Assembly (NCBI GenBank): GCA_963741945.1
Contig: CAVUKA010000001.1
Location: 1,312,001 to 1,376,000, forward strand
DNA from: an uncultured Gemmatimonadales bacterium
Lineage (GTDB): Bacteria > Gemmatimonadota > Gemmatimonadetes > Longimicrobiales > RSA9
Length of the DNA stretch: 64,000 nucleotides
Reading direction: 5' to 3'
A program made the position numbers and the translations under genes. Each line of letters starts with the position of its first letter. The stretch's first letter is position 1. Of this stretch, positions 58,978 through 64,000 are shown piece after piece. The notes below the pieces were generated by a model that was not told the DNA's origin, did not search any database, and was given only the letters and a program-made list of their open reading frames with translations.

Positions 58978-59934
58978 ATGACCCGCGATTCCGAGGGACC
59001 TGAGCGAAGCGAGGGCGGGGGCGGCGCTGACCGCCCCGGCGGATCTTCTGCGGACGCCGAGGCGGAGAAGGTCAAGTCGCCGGACCTCAGCGAGCAGGAG
59101 ATCGAGAAAGCGGAGCGCGAAGCTCCGATGAACGCGGACATCACGTTCGAAGTGATCCGTCGGCGTGGTGAGGAGGAGCTGTCGCGGCCGTCGGCGGCGC
59201 TCTTCTTCTCGGGGCTCGCGGCGGGGCTGTCCATGGGGTTCTCGCTGGTGTCGGAGGCGCTGCTGTCCACGCACCTTCCGGACGCGGGATGGACGCCGCT
59301 GGTCAGCAAGCTCGGCTACAGCGTGGGCTTCCTCATGATCACGCTCGGGAGTCAGCAGCTGTTCACCGAGAACACGCTCACGGCCATCATCCCACTGCTC
59401 TCCCGCCGCACGCGATCGGCGCTCCTCGACGTGGCGCGCCTCTGGGCCGTGGTGCTGGCCGCCAACCTGATCGGCGCCGTGATTTTCGCGCTGGGCGCCG
59501 CCGACACCACGGTGTTCGACCCGCCCACGAAGGCGGCGCTGCTGGCGATCGGCGTGGATGCGGCATCCGGCACGGGCACACAGCTCTTCCTCCAGGGGAT
59601 CTTCGCGGGCTGGCTCATCGCGCTCATGGTCTGGATGCTCCCCGCCACGCAGGGCGGGCAGGTGCCGATCATCGTCACCATGACCTACATCATCGGCCTG
59701 GGCGGATTCCCGCACATCGTGGCGGGGTCCGTCGAAGTGCTGTATGCCGTGGGCGCGGACGGGCTGAGCTGGGCCGACTACGCGCTGCGCTACGCCCCGC
59801 CCACCCTGGTCGGGAACGTGGTTGGCGGCGTGGCGCTGGTTTCGGCGCTGAACTACGCCCAGGTCATTGCCGGCGGTGGACGCCGGGCGGCCGCGGCCGC
59901 CCGGCTCACGGGCGCGCGGTGGCGCTTTCGCTGA
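58978..59934 (+). CDS. Formate/nitrite transporter family protein (YfdC-like)
   Basis: GEEELSRP, AAGLSMGFS, QQLFTENT, AGWLIALMVW, HIVAGS and GNVVGG motifs. Confidence 0.88.
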   Translation: MTRDSEGPERSEGGGGADRPGGSSADAEAEKVKSPDLSEQEIEKAEREAPMNADITFEVIRRRGEEELSRPSAALFFSGLAAGLSMGFSLVSEALLSTHLPDAGWTPLVSKLGYSVGFLMITLGSQQLFTENTLTAIIPLLSRRTRSALLDVARLWAVVLAANLIGAVIFALGAADTTVFDPPTKAALLAIGVDAASGTGTQLFLQGIFAGWLIALMVWMLPATQGGQVPIIVTMTYIIGLGGFPHIVAGSVEVLYAVGADGLSWADYALRYAPPTLVGNVVGGVALVSALNYAQVIAGGGRRAAAAARLTGARWRFR

Positions 59935-60904
59935 TAGAGCGGAGCGCGCGCCGCACGTAGACGGGGACCATGGCGCGCCGCCATTCCGGATCCACGATGA
60001 TGTTGGTGAGCGGACGGCACTGCTGGTGGGCCAGACCCGCGATCCCTTCGATCGTCTCCGCGTCCAGCCTGCGACCCTCGAACGCGTCCAGCCCCGTCAG
60101 CTCCCGGGGGCGGGAACCGAGCGCCGAGATGACCACCCGCAGATCCCGTACGCCGCCCTCGGGCTCGAGGGCCGCCACCGCGGCCACGTTCAGGAGCGGG
60201 AAATCAATGGCGCCGCGCTGCCTCAGCTTCCGGAACACCATGCGCGTGCCCGGCACGGGCGGCGGGATCCGGACCCGGGTCACCAGCTCGCCCGGCTCCC
60301 GCACCGTGTTGCGGAGGCCGTCGGCCACGAAGAACTGGTCCACCGGCACCTCGCGCCGCCCGCCGGCCGACGCCAGCTCCACGGCCGCCCCGAGCGCCCA
60401 CAGCACCGGCGGCGTGTCGGCGGAATGGGCCGCGACGCACTTCTTCCCCGCCCCGGTGACGTGGCACGTGTCGCCGTCCTTCTTCAGGCAGAAACCGAGC
60501 GCCTCGCGCCAGAACTGGGTCTGGTTGTAGTAGGTGCAGCGCGTGTCCAGGCACAGGTTCCCGCCGATGGTGCCCGCGTTCCGCAGCTGCGGCCCAGCCA
60601 CCTGACCCGCCGCTTCGGCCAGCGCCGGCGCGTGCCGCGCCACCAGCGGGTGGGCGGCCACGTCCGCCAGCGTCTCACCGGCCCCGATCACCAGCCCGGC
60701 GTCGCCTGCCTCGATCCCGCGCAGCTCGTCGATGCCGCGGAGCGACACCAGGTGCGCCGGCCCGTGCAGCCGGTGCTTCATGTTCGGGATCACGTCCGTC
60801 CCCCCCGCCACCGGCATGGCCGCCGGCCCCAGCGACTCGAGCAGGGCCAGCGCCTCCGCCAGGGCGCGCGGACGGTGATACTCGAACGGCGGGAGTCGAA
60901 GCAT
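59906..60904 (-). CDS. Molybdenum hydroxylase FAD subunit with Cys-rich insertion (4-hydroxybenzoyl-CoA reductase beta-like)
   Basis: AGGTD, RNAGTIGGN, CLDTRC..YNQ...CLKKDGDTC...KCVA and R.AIDFP motifs. Confidence 0.85.
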   Translation of the reverse strand: MLRLPPFEYHRPRALAEALALLESLGPAAMPVAGGTDVIPNMKHRLHGPAHLVSLRGIDELRGIEAGDAGLVIGAGETLADVAAHPLVARHAPALAEAAGQVAGPQLRNAGTIGGNLCLDTRCTYYNQTQFWREALGFCLKKDGDTCHVTGAGKKCVAAHSADTPPVLWALGAAVELASAGGRREVPVDQFFVADGLRNTVREPGELVTRVRIPPPVPGTRMVFRKLRQRGAIDFPLLNVAAVAALEPEGGVRDLRVVISALGSRPRELTGLDAFEGRRLDAETIEGIAGLAHQQCRPLTNIIVDPEWRRAMVPVYVRRALRSISESATARP

Positions 60905-60951
60905 GGTGTCGGAAGCTACCGGGGGCCGCGAAACGACGAAAGCGCCCGCCG

Positions 60952-61512
60952 CTACTCCAGCCAGCGCGTGACTTCGGCCACCGACACCCGCGGCTTCCGA
61001 TCCGGGATCTCCGCCGGGTGGCCCACGAACACGATGGCCGCCAGCCGCTCCGCCTCCCCCACGGCCAGCGCCTCCCGCAGCGACGCCTCCCCCATGACCG
61101 CCCCCGTCTTTATGTGCGTCCCCAGCCCCGTGTCCGCGGCCGCGATGCAGAAGTTCTCCAGCGCCATGAACGCCGTGGCGTAATCCTCTTCCCGGACTTC
61201 CGGGTTCTCGTCCTCCCGCACCACCACGCCCACCATCGACGGGACGGCCACCGTCCGCTCGATCACCTTCTCCCGCACCTGCTCCGCCGCCGCCGCGTCG
61301 TCCACCTTCGCCGCCTTCCGCTTCGCCAGCGCCGTGGCGTACGCCCGCTTGGCCGCCTCGCCCATCACCCGGAACGACAGCGGCTGCGTCATCCGGTGGT
61401 TCGGCGCCAGCAGCGCCAGCTCGAGGAGCGTCTCCATCGTCGCACGCGACACCGGCCCGCCGGTGTACTCCTTCACGGACCGGCGCGCGCGGATGGCTTC
61501 CTGGGCATTCAT
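60952..61512 (-). CDS. Nitroreductase family protein (YdjA-like)
   Basis: IRARRSV, APNHRMTQP, EEDYA and GLGTHIKTG motifs. Confidence 0.88.
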   Translation of the reverse strand: MNAQEAIRARRSVKEYTGGPVSRATMETLLELALLAPNHRMTQPLSFRVMGEAAKRAYATALAKRKAAKVDDAAAAEQVREKVIERTVAVPSMVGVVVREDENPEVREEDYATAFMALENFCIAAADTGLGTHIKTGAVMGEASLREALAVGEAERLAAIVFVGHPAEIPDRKPRVSVAEVTRWLE

Positions 61513-61608
61513 GGGCTCGGGGCGTTGAGAGGGAGGCGCCTCGTAAACGGATGTTTGGGGCGCCGGCGAATCTCAGGATACCGCGAGGGGGGGCGGAGCG
61601 CCATTGCG

Positions 61609-61706
61609 GGTGGCAGGTGGCAGGTGGCAGGTGGCAGGTGGCAGGTGGCAGGTGGCAGGTGGCGGGTCGCGGGTGGCGGGTGGCGGGTGGCGGGTGGCGG
61701 GTGGCG
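61609..61706. repeat. Heptamer microsatellite (GGTGGCA)7(GGTGGCG)7
   Basis: 14 units counted directly; one variant unit, GGTCGCG. Confidence 0.92.
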
Positions 61707-61715
61707 GGGGGCGAT

Positions 61716-61826
61716 GCCGGACGGCGGTTGTACGATGGACGGCAGATATTGCCGTCGATTGTTCACGCGACGCCGGACGGCCGGTCACTTGTACGATCGT
61801 CGGCGATATGTGCCGTCGATCGTTCA
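61716..61826. repeat. Tandem pair of ~50-55-bp palindromic units (possible operators)
   Basis: TTGTACGAT(GGA/CGT)CGGC...GCCGTCGAT(T/C)GTTCA at 61728-61765 and 61789-61826. Confidence 0.75.
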
Positions 61827-61885
61827 GTGACCGCGAGGCGGCGCTGGGGCGGCCCTCGGACGCGGAGGAAGGGGCCGGATCGGCG

Positions 61886-62317
61886 GTGGCGGGTGGCCGG
61901 GCCGGCGAGCCGCTGGTCACGCTGGACGACGGCTCGGACCGTTCCATCTATGAGCGGATCGTGGGACAGATCCAGGAGCGGGTGGCGGTGGGCGCGCTGG
62001 AGCCCGGTGACCGGCTACCGACCGTGCGTCGCATGGCGGATCGCCTGGACATCGCCCCGGGCACTGTAGCGCGGGCGTACGGCGAGCTCGAGCGGCTGGG
62101 GCTGGTGGTGACGGAGGGGGCGCGGGGGACGCGCGTGGCCGAGCGGGCGCGGTCGTCTGTGCCGGACCGGGAGCGCGCCGACACGCTGGCCGGGCTGCTG
62201 CGGCCCGTGGCGGTGGCCGCTTTCCACCTGGGCGCCAGCGCCGGCGAGCTCCGGGCCGCCCTGAACGAGGCCGTGGGCGACATCTTCCGCGAGCGCGGCG
62301 GCGAGGGCGAAGGGTGA
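61886..62317 (+). CDS. GntR family (YtrA subfamily) transcriptional regulator
   Basis: SIYERIVGQI, PGDRLPTVR, PGTVARAY.ELE..G and GTRV motifs with a short C-terminal domain; start uncertain. Confidence 0.85.
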   Translation: MAGGRAGEPLVTLDDGSDRSIYERIVGQIQERVAVGALEPGDRLPTVRRMADRLDIAPGTVARAYGELERLGLVVTEGARGTRVAERARSSVPDRERADTLAGLLRPVAVAAFHLGASAGELRAALNEAVGDIFRERGGEGEG

Positions 62318-62327
62318 CGGCCCCGCC

Positions 62328-62578
62328 TCAGGGCAGCGGCTGCCAGAGCTCGAAGCGGTTGCCCTCGGGATCCATGGCCCAGCCGAAGCGGCCGAACTCG
62401 TACTCCTGGACCTCGTCGTCCCCGTCCACGCCGGCGGCCCGGAGCTGCTCCAGCATGCCGTCGAGATCGGCGACCCGGTAGTTCACCATGAAGCTGGCGG
62501 TGCTGGGGGCGAAGTAGTCCGTCCCTTCCTGCATCACCGACCACACAGTCGCTCCCCCGCTCCCGCCCGCCCCTTCCT
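62328..62578 (-). pseudogene. C-terminal half of a VOC/glyoxalase family protein (N-terminus missing)
   Basis: GATVWS..TDYFAPS..FMVNYRVADLD..FGRFGWAMDPEGNRFELWQP; homology begins right after the DinB stop, with no N-terminal half. Confidence 0.65.
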
Positions 62579-63079
62579 CTACTCCGGCGCCGGCATGCCG
62601 AACGCGGCCCACTCCTCCCGGGCGGGGCCGTACACGCCGGGCACCGGCAGCCCCGCGATCCGCATGAGGGTGATGAGCTGGCCGCGGTGGTGAGCCTGGT
62701 GGGTCACGAGCGCCCAGAGCGTCCGTCCACGCGGCCAGGTCTCTCCGTACATGTTGTCTTCGACCAGCAGGTCGGCGTCCGTCCACTGCTCGCGCACCGC
62801 CGCGGCCAGGGAGTGGGCGGCGTCCCGGTACTGCGCGGCCACGTCCGCCGCGGACGACGGCATCGGGTCTTCCTCGCCGGGCCCTTCCAGCTCCAGCCCG
62901 GTCCGGCCGCCCATCTCCGGGATGGTCTGGGCCAGGTGCCACGCGAGCCGCCCGGGTGCGCGCACGTCGGGGTGGAGCGGCCGCGCCAGCGCCTCATCGG
63001 TGAGGTGGTCGAGCACTTTCAGCGTGGCCTCGCTCTCGTAGTCCCAGGCGGAGAGGAAGTCGTCGATCTTTCGGAACAT
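62579..63079 (-). CDS. DinB/YfiT-like metalloenzyme
   Basis: LAWHL ... HQAHHRGQL..LMR..G..VPGVYGP pattern; AAGGAG RBS. Confidence 0.9.
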   Translation of the reverse strand: MFRKIDDFLSAWDYESEATLKVLDHLTDEALARPLHPDVRAPGRLAWHLAQTIPEMGGRTGLELEGPGEEDPMPSSAADVAAQYRDAAHSLAAAVREQWTDADLLVEDNMYGETWPRGRTLWALVTHQAHHRGQLITLMRIAGLPVPGVYGPAREEWAAFGMPAPE

Positions 63080-63113
63080 GGGTTCTCCTTGACGGTGGAC
63101 CGGTGAGGGGTCG

Positions 63114-64000
63114 CTATGGCTGGAAACTGGCCGCGCGCGCCTCGGCGCGGGCGGCCACGCCGGCGAAGTCGTCGCGCCCCCGGAGCCCTTCGAGGAATGG
63201 ACAGAAGCGGGCGTAGTACGGGTACGGGTAGAAGCCGGTGGCCGCGGCGCGGTCGAGGAGCTCGATCGCCCGGTCCTCCTCGCCGGCCATGGCGTAGGAC
63301 TCGGCGAGGTGGAACGTGTGGTGGCTGTCGAGGGCGCCCTCGTCCACGTGCGACAGCACCTCCAGCGCCTCGTCCCGGCGGCCCGCCACCGCCATGACCA
63401 GCGCCCTGAGCTGCGCGGTGTACGGGACCCCCGCGGCGTGCTCCGCCAGCCACGCGGCCTCGCGCTCGGCGTCGGAGAACCGCCCGACGAGTGCGTAGTG
63501 GTAGCCGAGCGCCCAGTGGTAGATGAGGCCCGTGGGCCCCAGCCGCACGGCTTCTTCCATGGCCGCCAGCCCCTCCGGCGCGCGCCCCTGGAACCAGCTG
63601 CTGGAACCGACCAGGGCGTGGGCCAGCGGGGAGAACGGATCGCGCGCGACCCATTCCAGCCCTCTCCGCGGATCCGTGTGACCGGCGGCCTGGAGGGAGA
63701 TCCCGATCGATCCCTTGTACTGCATTGCCGAGGTCCGGGGAACCACGCGCAGCGCCTTCACCCGCGAGAGCGCCGTGATGGTCTCCTCGGTGAGGCCGTC
63801 GCTGAAGTACTCGTTCTCCGGGTCCGAGCTCAGGTTCGTGAACGGCAGCACCATCACCGAGCGCTCCGGCTGGGGCGCGACCGCCGTCCCGCCCGTGGAC
63901 GCCGGGCCCCCGGCGCGCAGCGCGGCCACCACGCGGCTGCCGGTGGCGGTGCGCTGGTCCACCCCCTTCGCCATCAGCTCCTCGACCACGCGCGAGACCG
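63114..64000 (-). CDS. C-terminal part of a probable Ser/Thr kinase-TolB_N-TPR protein (runs off right edge; apparent internal deletion)
   Basis: Kinase-end-like VVEELMAK..QR, then SVMVLPFTNLSSDPENEYFSDGLTEE..RTSAMQYKG, then TPR-like helices; frame stays open to the window end. Confidence 0.75.
   Translation of the reverse strand, partial: VSRVVEELMAKGVDQRTATGSRVVAALRAGGPASTGGTAVAPQPERSVMVLPFTNLSSDPENEYFSDGLTEETITALSRVKALRVVPRTSAMQYKGSIGISLQAAGHTDPRRGLEWVARDPFSPLAHALVGSSSWFQGRAPEGLAAMEEAVRLGPTGLIYHWALGYHYALVGRFSDAEREAAWLAEHAAGVPYTAQLRALVMAVAGRRDEALEVLSHVDEGALDSHHTFHLAESYAMAGEEDRAIELLDRAAATGFYPYPYYARFCPFLEGLRGRDDFAGVAARAEARAASFQP

Noticed and set aside
58572-59003. ORFs with repeated peptides (QGRRAAGP; also QVAGGRW at 61551-62069)
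   Set aside because: Translations of non-triplet 8-mer and 7-mer microsatellites; not credible proteins.

Overview
A very GC-rich, gene-dense bacterial chromosomal segment; gene content and repeat style suggest Gemmatimonadota (inference only). From left to right it contains: (1) a minus-strand anaerobic energy operon of OFOR alpha, OFOR beta, a 329-aa unknown protein, rnfB, a ~1710-aa PFOR with an extra C-terminal ferredoxin, and rnfC, which runs off the left edge; (2) cspA-infA and an OsmC-like gene; (3) two tandem M14 carboxypeptidase paralogues followed by a lipoprotein metalloprotease, two lipoproteins and a probable outer-membrane barrel; (4) an alpha-glucan operon glgE-treS/mak-malQ-glgB-GH57, with a 1-nt frameshift in treS; (5) housekeeping genes, including cobB, rlpA, an M13 peptidase, ispG, gdh, pncA and bcp, plus two histidine kinases with no response regulator nearby; (6) an epimerase-ECF sigma-anti-sigma-ybjQ operon, ada/ogt-EamA, an FNT transporter, a lone HcrB-like FAD subunit, a nitroreductase, GntR and DinB; (7) two apparently deleted genes at the right end. 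Four intergenic regions carry repeat elements built from 7-9-nt microrepeats plus inverted or palindromic units. I saw no rRNA, tRNA, CRISPR array or transposase. All product calls come from motif recognition by eye; no database search was run.
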